Assembly: GCA_973851085.1 (NCBI GenBank)
Contig: OZ316775.1
Coordinates: 1,736,001-1,800,000, forward strand
Reading direction: 5' to 3'
Source of the DNA: Ptychomitrium polyphyllum
Lineage: Eukaryota
Length of the DNA stretch: 64,000 nt
A model generated the notes under the pieces. That model had not been told where the DNA came from. It saw only the letters and a program-made list of their open reading frames with translations, and did no database searches. Positions 39,151 to 53,773 of the stretch are shown piece after piece. Within the stretch, counting starts at the first letter, position 1. The number at the start of each line of letters is the position of its first letter. The position numbers were made by a program, and so were the translations under genes.

Positions 39151-42100
39151 CTACATATAGAGAGGATATAACTCACCATAATTTTACCCCATGATTGGTT
39201 ATAAGCGTCACCTCACATCTCCTCTTTTCTTGTGGAGATGAGAAAAGCAAAAAGTCTCATTTCAAAGGCATTCATACTTTTGACAAAAGATGGATCATAA
39301 GGGAAGATTGGAAAACACTGAAGTAATTTTTAAAATAGGAAAAGATTTATTCCATAGACAAGCCTTTAGACTACCATTCTAACAACATGACAAGGTATAA
39401 AACTTTTTGAAAAACTTGAAAATTTTAATCAATCATATTGATGAAATTCTCTACTTATGACTTAAATCTTTTTCTTTTGTAAAGATGGAAAAAGATGCAA
39501 GGTAGCTCCAAATAAGCCTGATAGTTTATTCAAAGTTTTCAAATTTTTAAACATTTTGTGTGCAAAACTAATAAAAAGGTTAAAATATTTAGTGAATTTT
39601 TAAATAATTTGATGTATGTCTTTAGAAGGTATCTTCTTTTTAAGCATGTATTAAATTTTTCTTTACAAATTATTTAGAAGCAATTGTTGTTATAATGAAA
39701 GAAAGACTATTGAGGTAGAAGAATTCTAACAATGCATATGAAATATGTAATCATACAGATTTTGCATTTGAATTCAATTTTGTTTATATTGCTTGATTAG
39801 AGACTTCAAATTACAAACAATTTTTTGAAGTGAAAGTTATCTTTACTCCAAAAGAACTTATAGAATGTCTTCAAATTTAAACATTTGAAAAAGAATTATA
39901 ATAAAGAAGTACTTCGAATTTATTTGGAATTGATGTCTAAACACATATTGTAGATTTTGAGTTCAAATTAATATCTTTAAATTTATAATTTCCATCATTA
40001 ATTGTTTTTTATTCAAATTAAAAAATAAAAAATTATTCTGAATTATTTGTAAACATATTATTAAAATTTATAAAATAAAATTTATTAGAAAGTGATTTTG
40101 AATTAAAAACTCTTCATATATGTTTTTTAAATTTGTTGTACTCCTCAAATCCATAATGCAAATTAAATTCTATGCAAATTTGGTTTGGTTAAAATTCCAT
40201 ACATTTCTACATTTATATTTCATAATCTAGTAAAGTATGTATTATACAGTATGAAATCTAAACATTGAATAAGGTAAGAATTTTGTAAACTACTTGTTAA
40301 AATGCTTGGTAGTAAAAAAACTTGTAATGAAAAAGACTTTAAAATGCATAAATTCTTAATGATTTAAATGGATTAAAAGCACCTTTAAGAATTGATTCAC
40401 TGTTTTTTTTCAATTTTACCATATTTGTTAAAAAAAACTTGTTTTCTCAAAGTATCAGCCACTACTTTTGGAATTATGTTGAATTACATATGGCAATGAA
40501 TATTTATTCAAAATAAAAAATGAATCTTGTTAGAAGTGAAAATATGTATAAATATAAATAACTTTGGTTTTATAGAAACATGAATGAACCAAAGCCTATT
40601 TGTATATAGGAATGATATTGATAAGTTATATAAAAAGAAGTTCTTACATCTTACGCTTGTATTTATATGACATACAGTAAGAATATAGAGGTACTTCTCA
40701 TAGATAATGTTAACCTTGTAAAAACTTATCCAAAATCCAAATCAAGAATTTAGAAGAAAAAAAAGGTAGAAAATATTATATATATCTATATATCTATATG
40801 TGTGTGTGTGTTCTTTGATTCACAGAGAATCTAAGGAATTTGATGATTATGGTTGTATATGCAAATATATGTTTTCATTCATAAAGTTAAGAAATAAATT
40901 ATTCATCCACAATTCTATTCATTTGTCTTTTATTTTAATAAAAATATTGATATCACAAGACAAACTCAAGATCTAATAAAAAAAAACATACATGTGAGTT
41001 CATTCATTATATTTTCAACCAAGTAATGTACATATTGTTTTTTGATTAGTTTTGAACAAAAATAAAACTATTCCCAATTTGAAATGAAGCATTGAAATGA
41101 AGAACTTTTTTTTCCTTCCACACTCTTCTAGGTACATACATATACTTCATGAAGGATTGTATGGATTATGAAAAGACTACTTGTTTTAAATTTTTATTCT
41201 TAAAAATGATAATGGATGTAAGGTGTTGGATACATATATATATATATATATATATATTAGTGAAAGTTTTGATAATAATATAATTATTACTTTTATATAG
41301 ATTTTGAAGATTTTTGAACATTAAATATGTCTATTGCCAAGAACACCTCTTATTGTAATAAATGATAAAAAAGTATCCCAACAAATAGAACATATATCAT
41401 CACTGCTATTGAAGTTTTTAATTTCAATATATTATTTGAAAGGAAAAAAAACCATTAGTATTTGTAAATGTAGTTAATTAAGGAGTCAATTTTTATAAAC
41501 ATTTTCTAGAAGTTTAGTTTAATATAGTAATTCACAAATACAAAAGATACTATAACATAAAACAATGAACTAGTTCATCACAATAGTCTTCATTGTTGGG
41601 TTAAGCATTAAGTTACAAAATCATACTCAAATATGGTTATTTATTTCTAAAACTAACTATTTCTTCCCATATAGACCTCTTTAATGTCAAAACGTACAGC
41701 CTACAATTACAAAGCCACCCATTAGGGCCTTCTTTAAGATGTAGATTAACTTTGTAGATGTACTTGTCCATCAAACGTCATCAAACGTCGTCTTACTAGT
41801 CTGTCCCGCCTACCACAAACATAATGCAACGGCCGCAATTACCGGCCAATCAGCCAGGTGGGATGAAGGTCCGGCAGACCCAGTACACAACCAATGGGTA
41901 TTATACATAGTCCGTATAATTCGTCCGTATAACGCTGTTGACAGGTCACGACACCGGAATAAGCATGTATTGACTGGGCCTACGGTCAATGGGGCACACT
42001 TCTACCAGTTGGGTCAATGATCTTTCACAATTACAAGTAATATAATGCTGTCTAAATGTAAAGGACAGTCAGTACTGTACTGACGTATTCTTGGTTACAT

Positions 42101-45100
42101 GTAGATGGTACAGAATTCCTTACCCTTGGACTGTGTTGTAAGAACATGTTACCATCACAGAAGCTACAGAAGTGGAGAAACTACAGATGATGAAAGTTCT
42201 ACGTAGGAGGGCAGTTCTATGGTGGGGGCACCTTAGTGTACATATGATTAAGTCATACTGCGACCGGGCTGGTTACCAAAAACATACTTCTAAGAGACAC
42301 AGAAGAGACATGTACTGTGAAGGCACCAAAACCAATGCCAGTCTCCAACTGCGTCAAAATAGCCTGAGGGTGAATTAGTATAGCTGGCCTACGAATGGGG
42401 TAGGGACCTACCAACCACCTTACACAGTATGGAACCTATGCTCACCCTTATACTCCATCTCCTTGTAATTTCTCCTGCAATTGTGTATTCACCAAATGAG
42501 CTGCCTTGGTACACCAATTGTGGCTGGCAACTAGCCAGCAATCTTGGATATCAGTTTGCTAGCCTAGAGCATGGACCACGGGCTCTTCCTGGGTGTCGCC
42601 TCTCTTGATCTGTCATACAGGACTGTGCAAGTGGATGAGTATTGAATAACAGCATGGGTCAGCATCTATACAAAGGGTGTTGTATTGTCTGTAGTGATAT
42701 ATAGTTTGTATACTCCCACCTTTTGGACTTGTATGTAACTCACACCTACATGCTATATATACTGTTTTCTCAAAATATATAAGTATGTACCTATGAATTG
42801 ATAATGCATCCATGATATTTAACCTAACAATTTCTAATGGTAATGCTAGTCAAATTTTAGCCTGGGTCTTTCTAAGCTTCAGTTTTGTTCTTTCTATGCT
42901 CTAATCTACTCAAACATAAAATGCCACAGAACCAGAAACAGTACTGCTTTGTGCAGATTACAGAAGCTCTGATTGAGTCTGACTCTGTACCAGTTCTTGA
43001 GGAAGAAGTTCACGTTTGCTGTATAGTATCAAGTGTTCTTCTAATACCACAACCTAAAATGAACCTCCTGATCAGAACATTCAGTCATCCTCCTGGCTCC
43101 AAGTGCATTTACACTTTATCTAATATCCACTTCCTTTTGTTGCAATTGCAAATGGCTGATATAGTTACAATGGCTAATCTGAACTATAGTGGAAAAAGTT
43201 GGTAAGGCTATCACCTACATTGCTTAGGATTCAGAGCGCTAGTAATGACAGGGTCCTGCATGTTTCACTTCCCTAACTCAAGCATGATTTGTGGCCATAA
43301 TGGTCACCGAGGTGCATAACCATTGCACAGGCTAGGCGGCCAGAGGTGGCCGCCCAGCAGCTAGTTTTACCAGAAACTAATACTATATAGAGATTAAGAA
43401 TTCTACTGACCTTTTCTTCCCAATAAGAATCAGAAGAGTAACCATGAGGTGCACAACATGAGCTACTCAAATGCTCATTGGTTTGAACCTTTCATCACAT
43501 CCCACCTATACACTCACATTTGAGTTGAGTGGTTCATTTGGAGTATTTTATGGACTCAATTGACTATACTAACATGAGGAATCAAATCAGCATTGTTGTC
43601 AAAACATATATGCAGATTGCAACCACACTAATGTTTCATTGGCTGAGGCTGCTTGTTCTTCCCCAAATTTGGTGCAGGATGTCTTGAAGACTCTGCGTGT
43701 GAACTCATCACCTTGACTAATGTTTTACAATGTTTTTACCATCCCATGCCAGAAAAACATTTACAACCCATCTATAAATCAGCAAGTTTACAAATTGATC
43801 CCTGAAAAAGAAACATATCCAAGAAACAGTTCTTAAAAGCAACCAATCCTAATTTCAAAAAGTTACATAACCTTGTTAAATAAGCCTTAAAGTTACCTTG
43901 GAATTGGCATTATAGACTCCAATTATTTACAAATAATGCTTTGAATCTATAGCCTTGATGAGAAGACTAATCCACTTGAACAATTATAAAGGATACACAA
44001 TGCATGGTGTTCAAGGAAATTAGTTTAAAAATTAAAGTGGTTTAATTTTTTTAATTTATTTTTTAAGTCAAAATTAAAAATTCATAATTTGAGAATACTT
44101 TAGAACCATGGAAAGGACTACCAATTATGATTATTAATCTAAATAATCAATCAAGGTTCCTATTTAATACTGCTATGAAAAAATGATCAATGAAGGAGAT
44201 AGTCAAAACTTTGTTTTCTTTAGGCAATGAATAATCATGGCTTAAAAATTTGCTTGGCAAATTTTCTATCTCTCCACTACCTCCTCTCCTAGTTCTATTG
44301 GAAATTAAAAGAGATTGTCCGCAAACTTACTAACATTGATTCATGCCATCATACATTCACTACCACTTACCCTTGATATTATTTATTATTAATTTTCCAC
44401 TTTCTAAGATGAAGATGAGTTATTCGAAGGATTGAAGAATATTACTGCAAGACAAAAAAATGATCCCTATATATTGCACATATTCAAAAATAGAGTCTAT
44501 TGTTTTCACTTCTTAATTTGACACATTTTAGAGACACAAAAAAATTGTACTATAAGGTGTCATTATTGAATATAATTTCCAAAGAGCTTCTACAAATTTC
44601 CATGTGGTTTCTAGTCACACATGAATTATGTGTGTGTTTTTTTTATTTTTTTTATATATTATTAATTAAAACATATTCACATTGCCTCTGTAATATGGAA
44701 AAATGAAGAATTTCATATATTGTATTATTTTGTGCTATGATTGTATTATGAGGAAGAATTTATCTAAAAAAGTTCCATGACATAAGAAATTGTCATGAAA
44801 TTAGAATTGTCCAAAAAATATATATTAATTTAATTATCTTAAACTGTATTAAAATGGAAAAGACCCTATTAAACTATCTCCAATTTAAGCCATTAATAAA
44901 AGAAGTAAATAAGTTCTTTAGTGAGTGAATAGTTCATGCATTCCTTTTAGTTCATTTTATGAAAAGAAATGATAGTCACCTTTTGGCACATTAAACTCAT
45001 ATCATTAAAAGATTTTAAAACATCTTTAACTTCTTGATTGGCAAAGAATTAAGATTTGAAAGTATTATCTTTGGAAGCATACCAAAGTAATACATAAAAA

Positions 45101-46627
45101 ACGTTTTAGAAATTTAAATTTTTTCATTAAACAACTAAAACATTCCATTCCAATTTTTGTATCTTATCATTGATAATTCTTTAATTAAAGCAACAAATTG
45201 GTTTTGACCACTCGAATGCGTAACAAAATTTTAAAAAATGCTATTGCTTCATCAGTTTACATAGTTTATTGTAAAATATAGTTTTTAATGAGCCTATTGA
45301 ACCATTTGAAGATGGTAATTGAGCAAAGAAAGTAAGTTTTTAAATTAAATATTAGCATATTTACAAAAAGAGAGATATAAAATTTATTTTACGGTCACAT
45401 TAGAAATGTTCTTAGGTAGTAAATTATAAAGTGCTAGGCAAAAAATTAAAAATTTCACAATTTGCAATTCATTAAACTGCTCCTTCTAGATACCACGATA
45501 AATTTTCAACCATCTTTTTTTCTGCTTATAACACCATTTGAGTTTGATGCCTACTGGAAAATTATTCATATCAATAATACAAATGCTTACAGAAAACTAA
45601 ATATTTTGGTAAAATTGGCAGAAAAGGAACGCCACAAACTAGCATGCCATTACAAAACAATGATCTGAAATATGTTTTGATCAATAATATTGATGCAAAA
45701 AGATTATATCATACTGCTTTTAGCAACGATGAGCTCAGAATTCTCTAGTTCCATCCTTTTACTTGATTTTAAAGTCATCAAATTATTTTTTACTATTAAA
45801 AATTATGTTGATTTAAAATTTTTAAGCTATCTAAACATATATACATTCTAAAAAATTAGGACCAAAATGAACAAAATATGATTTAATTCTTTTTAAAAAG
45901 TGTATATTTTAAAATATATCTCTAATTAAATCACCTTATCCTATTGCCAAAGGAAGAGGACCCGTAAGACATGCTTTACATTTATTTGCATTTAACGCAT
46001 GTAAGAATATGTAAAAGAACACAACAAACAAGATTGATTTCTTGAGTCAAAATATAACTTGCATCTTCGATAGGTTAGATTATAGGAGCCTTTTCGATGG
46101 GAAATGATGAATTCAATTTATGTAAGGTAGAAACAATCACTACTATCAAGATACAAAAGAATTTTCGATTTATAGTACTTACTAAAGAATGAATATGTTA
46201 GATATATATTTTACTAACATCATCCAGTGAAGATTTTGACCATGCTATTGTGGTGCTTATCATGTACTAAACCAATATAGAGCAATGGTATTGGGTGCTC
46301 CCACTGTAGTGTGATTTCTTGGTCCTGTCCAAAGGCAAGCTTCATTGATGTGGTATGCATTTACTCAAATTTGTCCAGAAATAAACTTTAAAAAAGAACA
46401 AACTAAATGGAGTTTTATCTGACCAATGACAATACTTGGGAGCCAATCAGATTGTTGGTGGCAGAGGCAGAGCCGCAGCAGCTCCTCACTAGACACTGGA
46501 AGTTAATTTACTGTCCTTTGTTAAGTTGCAGCTACAGTATTTAGCCAGATCAATCTGGGAGATGGCAGGATAATGCCAATCATAAGCACGGAAGTTATGG
46601 ACTACAGTCTGACCTCCGTAAGAAGAC

Positions 46628-46682
46628 AATAACTTTGTTTTATGCAATAACCTTGTTTTATGCAACAACCTTGTTTTATGCA
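46628..46682. repeat. 18-bp tandem repeat, 3 copies
   Basis: aataactttgttttatgc / aataaccttgttttatgc / aacaaccttgttttatgc. Confidence 0.85.
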
Positions 46683-49600
46683 TTACCCTTGGTTTTCCAA
46701 CAAATTTTGCACAATCAAGTTGTTTAGTTTAGACCTCCTACAACAATGGCATACAGTGACATGACATTTGAAATCCCTCTTTTATAATATTATGCAGGTG
46801 ATGCGAATATATGTTAAATTATGTTTATGGAAAATTTAATAGAAGAAACATGTTTCATTATATGTAATAAGGAACCAATTAGGAATTAGTGGGATATTGT
46901 GACAACTTGTGGAAACTTATGAAAATTCTTTGAGAAATATATTCAATAATACAACACCATATCAATATGATATTTTTAATGTTTTTCAAACATAAATACA
47001 TAACCAACAAGAAATAGTAGTCTCCAGCCAATAATGGATTATAGTCTATTCCAAAAATTCCACTTGTTGGAATTCAAATAGTAGAAATGTTTTGTGACAA
47101 AAGACTTATATGTACAAATTGGAAAGTCAAGGACGAAGGCAGTTGGTTATACTTTGAATTAGTATCCAATTAGTTTTTGCAAAATCAATCAAAATTCCTT
47201 TGAAATAGACATAAGTCAACCCTGATGTGACCAAATTGCCATATGACCCAAAAAAAACTATTGGCTGTTGTTTTTGAATCTTTTACTAAGGAAATTATAA
47301 AATTTTCATTTTGTATTCCAACAAAAACTTTAAAAGTTAAATTAAGTGTTTTTATAGATTTTTTGTGTTTTAGTGGTATGTTTGAATTTTGACTTCAAGC
47401 TCTATTAATGAATTTTCAATGTAAAAGAGTTCTAAAACATGACAAAATCTTTGATATTAATACATTATGAAATTGGATTATTTATCACAAAATAAAAAAA
47501 TACAAAAAAATGCCGCTATAAGGTTTCCATGTCTTTTTGTTGATGTTTGGTACTTATTTTAGTATTTTCAAGGTGTCTACATCAAATACACACTTGAAAT
47601 TCATTGAAAATTTAGAAAATCTTACAGTATTCTAAAATTCTCACAAAAGGAAGAAAATATGATGTGTGATAAGCACAAAAATACTCAATTAAAATTTGCC
47701 ATTTTATAGACTTTATGGATTTTATGGCATATTGGGTGCTAGGTCCGTAGGGCAATGGACAGCTTGATTGTGAAAGGGTTAATAGTGATGGTGAAAACTA
47801 CTACATATATGGTACGTGTTTGGAGGGGCATACAACTGCATTTGGAAGTGCATAGAATTCTGCATTGAATTTGGTGGCACGAAACACTCTGCAATGTTGC
47901 ATACTCCGAGGTTTGAATGTGTTTTGTTGCAAAATACACTACATATTGGAAGTGAAAATCATAATGCAGCTGGAGACTGCTGGGACAAGACCTATCATGC
48001 AATAACTGTAGAGAGTGGAAGTCCCAAATTGTGCTTTTCAAGTTTTTTCTTTCCAATGTTTCTTCCCAAGGTTGCAGTTGTGATCCCATATGCTGCACTT
48101 TAGTATGATGGGAGCAGAACCACTTCTACATGTTGTTTAAACTTCTAAGAAACAACAACCATCCAGATCTAAAAATTATGTCTCCTGTGTTAAAGAACGA
48201 ACCTTCCATCTTTGAAACTGTTCAGGATGTTCCAGAACTATTTAAGCCCAAAACTGAAAATATATAAATAATTTATGAATGGGATGAACTTGTAGAGTAG
48301 TGATCCTGTTATGTGGCTTCAAATGACAATATCCCAAATGCACTAATCTGTTTAATTTATGCTGGAAACATAGAAAGCTGTTGAAGTGATATTTCTCCTA
48401 CACCCAACATAATATTCTTCAGAAGTGGCTCATTTTCAAGGTAGCAACTCCTGTCATTGAGGTAATTATTACTCGAGGTAATTATTACTTGAGGTAATTT
48501 ATTAATTATGACTTATGAAGTTCCTGTGCAGCCCAAAATATAAGTTATTTCAGGTTTCAAAACACTTGACTCTTACAAAAGAGGAGTACCTGCCTGCTGG
48601 AAAATGATGCACACCCTCTCATGTGGGGTGCTGGTAACGCACAGGCATCCAGTGCTGAGGCTTTCTGATAATGGAATTCTTGCAACAATTCAAGGGTACT
48701 GCAGGGTAGGCCACATCACAGTTCACACAGGCTCATCTAAATACAAGGAACAACATAGTATTCACTGATTGGAGGCAAGGTAAATCAGTCAGGCCTTGCA
48801 TATTTGTAAATAAAATTTACAAGCCTTCATCCACCATACCAGCCAGATGGAGGTCTTTGCAAGTACATTGTACTGTGGGTCAAGCATTTTAGGGGTCTTC
48901 AACAGGGAATGGGCCTCTTCCAATGGCCAGTATGCTGGCAGACATCAACTTTGCCAGGGCTCATCCTCACTGTACAACTTGTGTACTATGCAGAGTCATG
49001 ATGGTCGAAGCCCTTCCTCTAACGCACGCCCAGCGTAATTCACCCAAAAAAATGCATGATCTACCATTCTTGCCACCAGCATTCGCAAAACTCGGAGTTG
49101 CAACAGCCAAGTGGAGTAGACATGATGTTGAATTCTTCAATCCCAGCTCATAGCTCAAGAACTAAATAAACTAATTCCTTCACAAAGTTCTGCTAACCTG
49201 CACAGGACATTTGTTCCCACAAATATGCACCTTGATCAACATAATCTATGCCATACAGAGTGCTCATCAAAGCTGAGGCTATGCTGTGGAGAGAGCTACA
49301 TTGGAGTGCAGAATGTAAGAAGAGTGTCCATAGAATATTTGACGATATCAGCAAGGAATCACATGTGGCAGTGTCCAACTAAGCATCCTGTTTGCAATGA
49401 CGTGGAATCCATGTGAGGAATCTGTGCCACGTGTCTAAAGCTCTGTGCCCATGTATCTACTGCCTTGTGTCTTGTGTCATGTCAAATATAGAAACCACGT
49501 TATCAAAAGAATTCCCTAATGTCACTTTTAGAACTTCGAAGATTAATGCAAATATTTTCTATCTTTAATATTAAGGTGATACATAAATTATTTAGAGGGA

Positions 49601-51799
49601 ATGCTTCCCACTTCATCAGAATAAAGTTATCATAATTAAACATAGTAGAATTATGTTAAGTGCAAGATGGTATATTGGAGTTTGAATTTTCAAAATTTTA
49701 TCAATACTACCCATCTGACAATACCATTGTATCAAATTCAAACAATGTGATTGTCCTTGATAACCTGATTGTTTTCAAAAATATTCCACACTTTACATTG
49801 CAAATAACATTCTTCTTTAAAACCAATGTGGTTGCATGGGCACATTCCTATGGACACATAAAAAATCACCTTATGAAAATTTGAACATGTACCTTAGTGT
49901 ATTATTTGTATCATTTAGAAAAAGAATTAATTAAAATATATTATTGCATTCAATGTCATTTCTTTGTTTATTTAATATATCAATAGTATAATGTAGTAAA
50001 AATTAATGTGTTTGAAATTTGCAAGCGTGAAAATGTCACCATTAAGCAATTTGATCCAAAATACTTTATAATACAATGATTGGTATGTAATAGGAATGTT
50101 TATTCAAGACAATATTGTCAATATATAACATAACAAAAAATAATCCTATTATCATCTATGAAGTTCCATTTTTTTGGAGTATAAATATGATGACTAAAAT
50201 TGTAGACATCATCATCCAATTAACATTGTTATTAAAAAGACCTACTCTTTGTGTGGATTCTTAATTCTTCCATATGGATCAGAGTGTCCATTTTTATATA
50301 ATCATTGGATTTCAAATAAACTAATAGAAAATTTTAGGCATGTAATGTAAATTTAGATGGACATAATTTTTTTTTAATAATTTACATACACCTAAAAAAG
50401 TATCAATTTTTGCTATAGACTTAGGAATTTTTGTTTATGCTTTTAATTATGGATTAATTTGTTTTTTGAAAAAATTTTGGTGTATAAAAATATAGAGATA
50501 AAAATTCCATAAATCAGAATAATGTAATTGGCCTATGAATAGACAAAAGAAAGCACAATAACCAGAGTTCAATGTAGTGAACATGCACTCTGGATCATGT
50601 ACTCATCTTAATGTATTCAAACCATGTATTAAAAAAATTTCAACTTAAACCATGGAAAAAAGAAGTAAATAGATTTTTTAGTCAATGAATGGTCCATGAA
50701 TTACTTTAGATTCTTCCATTGAAAAAAATGACCTTTACTTTTTAGCATATTTAAATTTAATTACTTAAAATCTTGAAACAACTTAATTTTTGATTTTTAC
50801 AAAATTAAAAATTGAAAGTAATTAGCATTGAAAATGTAGTAAAAAATCACATATAAAAAAAAAAATTCAAAAATAGATAAATTTAGGCATCAATCAACTA
50901 AAACATTCCACTTTAAAGTTTTTGCCTCCTTGTTATTTATATCAACATTTTTTTTGCAAAAAGAAGAAATTCGGCCTCAATGAATAAGGTGCTCAAAATG
51001 TGGTTAAAAAGGTGGCTATTGCTTTATTAAATCCTACAAATTTGGTATGGAGACAAAAGATTTGATGAGCACACCAAGCAATTTTGAAGGTTGTAATGGC
51101 CAAGTCATTTGGCTTATTGCTATACCACTTGTCTTATGCATTTGGTAAAACTTGAGAATAATGAAACATGTATATATACTTTACTTGTGTTTCTTGTTTC
51201 TTCCTACTACAAGCATTGTCTATGAATTTTAAAGTGACCCAAACCAAAAGCTTTACATGGTGACTATGTGAACCCTACATGAAGTAGTGAGTGTATGGTG
51301 GAGTAACATTTTCAAAAATATATATAAAAATAAATAAAAATAACACCTCACACAAATTGAGATATGGCGTTCAAGATGTGTGAAGGATTGGTTGACCAAG
51401 GGAGAATCGCCTGGATAAAGAGGGAGTAGCTGACCAGGGCTACTAATCAACAGATTACCCAAGAGATTCTCAGAGGTTTTGATACTAGGTGGATGCGTGG
51501 GGCATCTCAGTCAGGGAAGGCAATCGCACTACGCCCTCCCCAAACCCATTTTAACCGCCAGGTGGTGATTATCTCAAGCAAATGTAATTCGTCGCTGTCC
51601 GTTCTTCCTCCACGGCTAGCTCCAATCCGCCTTTCGTGTTCAAAAAGAAATAACTACTGGCAGTTAGATCTGTGGGTGGCAGAAACTCTCACCCAGACCC
51701 CATGAGTATGACAAGCTCTCACCCCAGACTCCATCCCCCAGGCACTGGAGCTTTTAGTTAAATTCTGTGCTGAAAACTTACCCATGCGAAAATAGTACC

Positions 51800-52300
51800 A
51801 TAAGGGGTCCCGGGGGCTCTTGTCGCCGGTTGTGGGATCACCGCCGCAAAATAGTATGGGCGGCCCACCGCAGGCTGCCCGGAGAAGAAAAAACTCCCCA
51901 ATATAGCTGCTCTTGTACATATCACTTTTTCCACTGCTAGTCGGCCCCACTCACTGCCATCTATTGCACTCACTCCCTCACTCCCCGAGTCAAGGTCGCT
52001 GCTCCCTGTTCACTCAGCTCTCTGTTTACTCAGCTCTCTGCTCACTGCTACACTAGTCTTAAGCATAACGTCTCCATCTTTGCAACTCCCCTTTGCTTTG
52101 CTTTGCTTTGCTTTGCGTTGCTGCCTGCCCTTTCCTTCGCGTCGCTTCACGCCTCCCAGTGGAGCTTCAACTTCTACACTATATACGATACTACTTACTA
52201 CACACTTGTTTTGGCCTCTCGGATCCGTTGCAACCTGCTTTGGATTCCAGTCGCTGTTGCTCCTGCGGATCGTTCACTCGGTTGCTGCATGCAGTACAGT
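51800..52300 (+). promoter_or_regulatory. Probable core promoter and first non-coding exon of the NAC gene
   Basis: GC-rich stretch containing GGCCCAC (51862) and GGCCCCAC (51943), then a pyrimidine-rich Y-patch-like run and a short (CTTTG)n at about 52092-52116. It lies about 1.8 kb upstream of the NAC ATG and is followed by U-rich, intron-like sequence. Confidence 0.4.
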
Positions 52301-53530
52301 GTGGACGTTTGTGTTGAAGACCATCCTGCGTTTTGTTTTCTCTGGTGGCTGGTGCTGTGTGGATTTGGAGTGTCGTGAGAGTGGTGTGGATCTATAGTGA
52401 GGAGTTGAGTTAGTGGGTTTGTTGTGTGGTTGTAGTGTGTCTAGTGAGTGTGACGAGTATTACGAGTGGTGAATGTGTCACGGGTGGCAGTTTTGGTTTG
52501 GGTGAGGTGAATGTGTCGGTGAATTACGTTTGTTGGTTCAGTTTTGGCATTCTGGAAGTGTTTCTGGGGGTTTTTTGGGGTCTTTGGCTGCAGTTGTGGA
52601 TGAAATTCGGAGGTTGGGTGTGTTATTTCGTGTAGATTGAGGTTGGTGTGGTGTCCTGGGGGCTGTTGTGGCGTCACTGGAGGGTGTGTGTTGTACTTAA
52701 TTCTGTAGTTTGAGCGTTACAGTTTCGGGTTGTTGCTTTTATGTTGTTGGTTCTGGAATTGTAGTGCGTGTCCCTGCTCTTCTGAGCATCTGATTATTGT
52801 TCTCTCTTAATTTGGTCTTGTCCTTCGTTGAGCTAGAACTGACAATTGCCTCCCTTTTTTAGTCGCTTCTGTTTACCGTCGCTCCGCAATTTACTGAAAT
52901 TCGATCACTGTTTTGCCGCCGGAGCATCTTTCACTGCTACCTTCTTTTTCAAGCATTGATTCCACATTCGTACTTTCAGCCTCGTGACGGCCCCTTCTGT
53001 TGTGTTGCCCTTGTAAAACCTGCTCTGTATCCCTTTCTCACACTGTCTTTCTTTCTCCTTTTTTTCCGCGCTCGTCATTTCCTGTCTTTCTCTGGGATCT
53101 TACATTTGCAATTTCGTAGTTGATATTTATATAGGAGATCTGGAGGAGCACATGTATTTCCTATTCACCTCCATTTGCGATTCTACAAATCTTTCTTGCA
53201 ATTCTCAAGGGATCATAAGTGAGTAGATCCTGAGCTTTGAGCGTAGACTATAATTATTCTATGTAAACAAAAGAGTAACCTTGAGAGTGTAAGAAGTCAC
53301 CAAAGGGCACAACCTGAAACACAAGACGCAGTTCATCAGCCGGCGTTATGAAGTTGGGCAATGGCAAGCCCCTTACAGATGCATCTAACATCGTTGTAAT
53401 TGGAGTATAGGACCATTTGCCATAGAGAGTCACATCTAGCTGGTGCTGCTAACCTCCGCAGCCTCCAAGATCGGTTCCATACTAAACTTGCCTCTAGGAC
53501 GAACAAACGGAGAGTCACGAGAGAGAATAC

Positions 53531-53763
53531 ATGGACCCTTCCGTTCGAGGATGTCACAGCCGCCTCCACTTGTAGCAATACGCCCACTCGAGGACGCTCG
53601 AATTCTACGGCAAGACTTTATGTCGGTGATTTGACGTTTCCCCACCTCCTCCATGTCCGAGATCCGCGGCATACCAACACACTACAGAGAGCAGTCCCAC
53701 ACAGCCGTGACCAGTTCCGCATCCAGCGTCAGAGAGCAAAATTCGTCTGCAGAGTTTTCTTGA
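53531..53763 (+). promoter_or_regulatory. Cluster of three AUG-initiated upstream ORFs before the NAC start codon
   Basis: 53531-53575 (14 aa), 53551-53634 (MSQPPPLVAIRPLEDARILRQDFMSVI) and 53653-53763 (36 aa, stop 10 nt before ATG 53774). Whether they lie in the mature mRNA is not proven. Confidence 0.45.
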
Positions 53764-53773
53764 GAGATCAGCT

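Noticed and set aside
38736..39194. 108-147 aa ORFs (LLCFA and KQSKA repeats)
   Set aside because: They are translations of the (GCTTT)n microsatellite, which has no stop codon in any frame.
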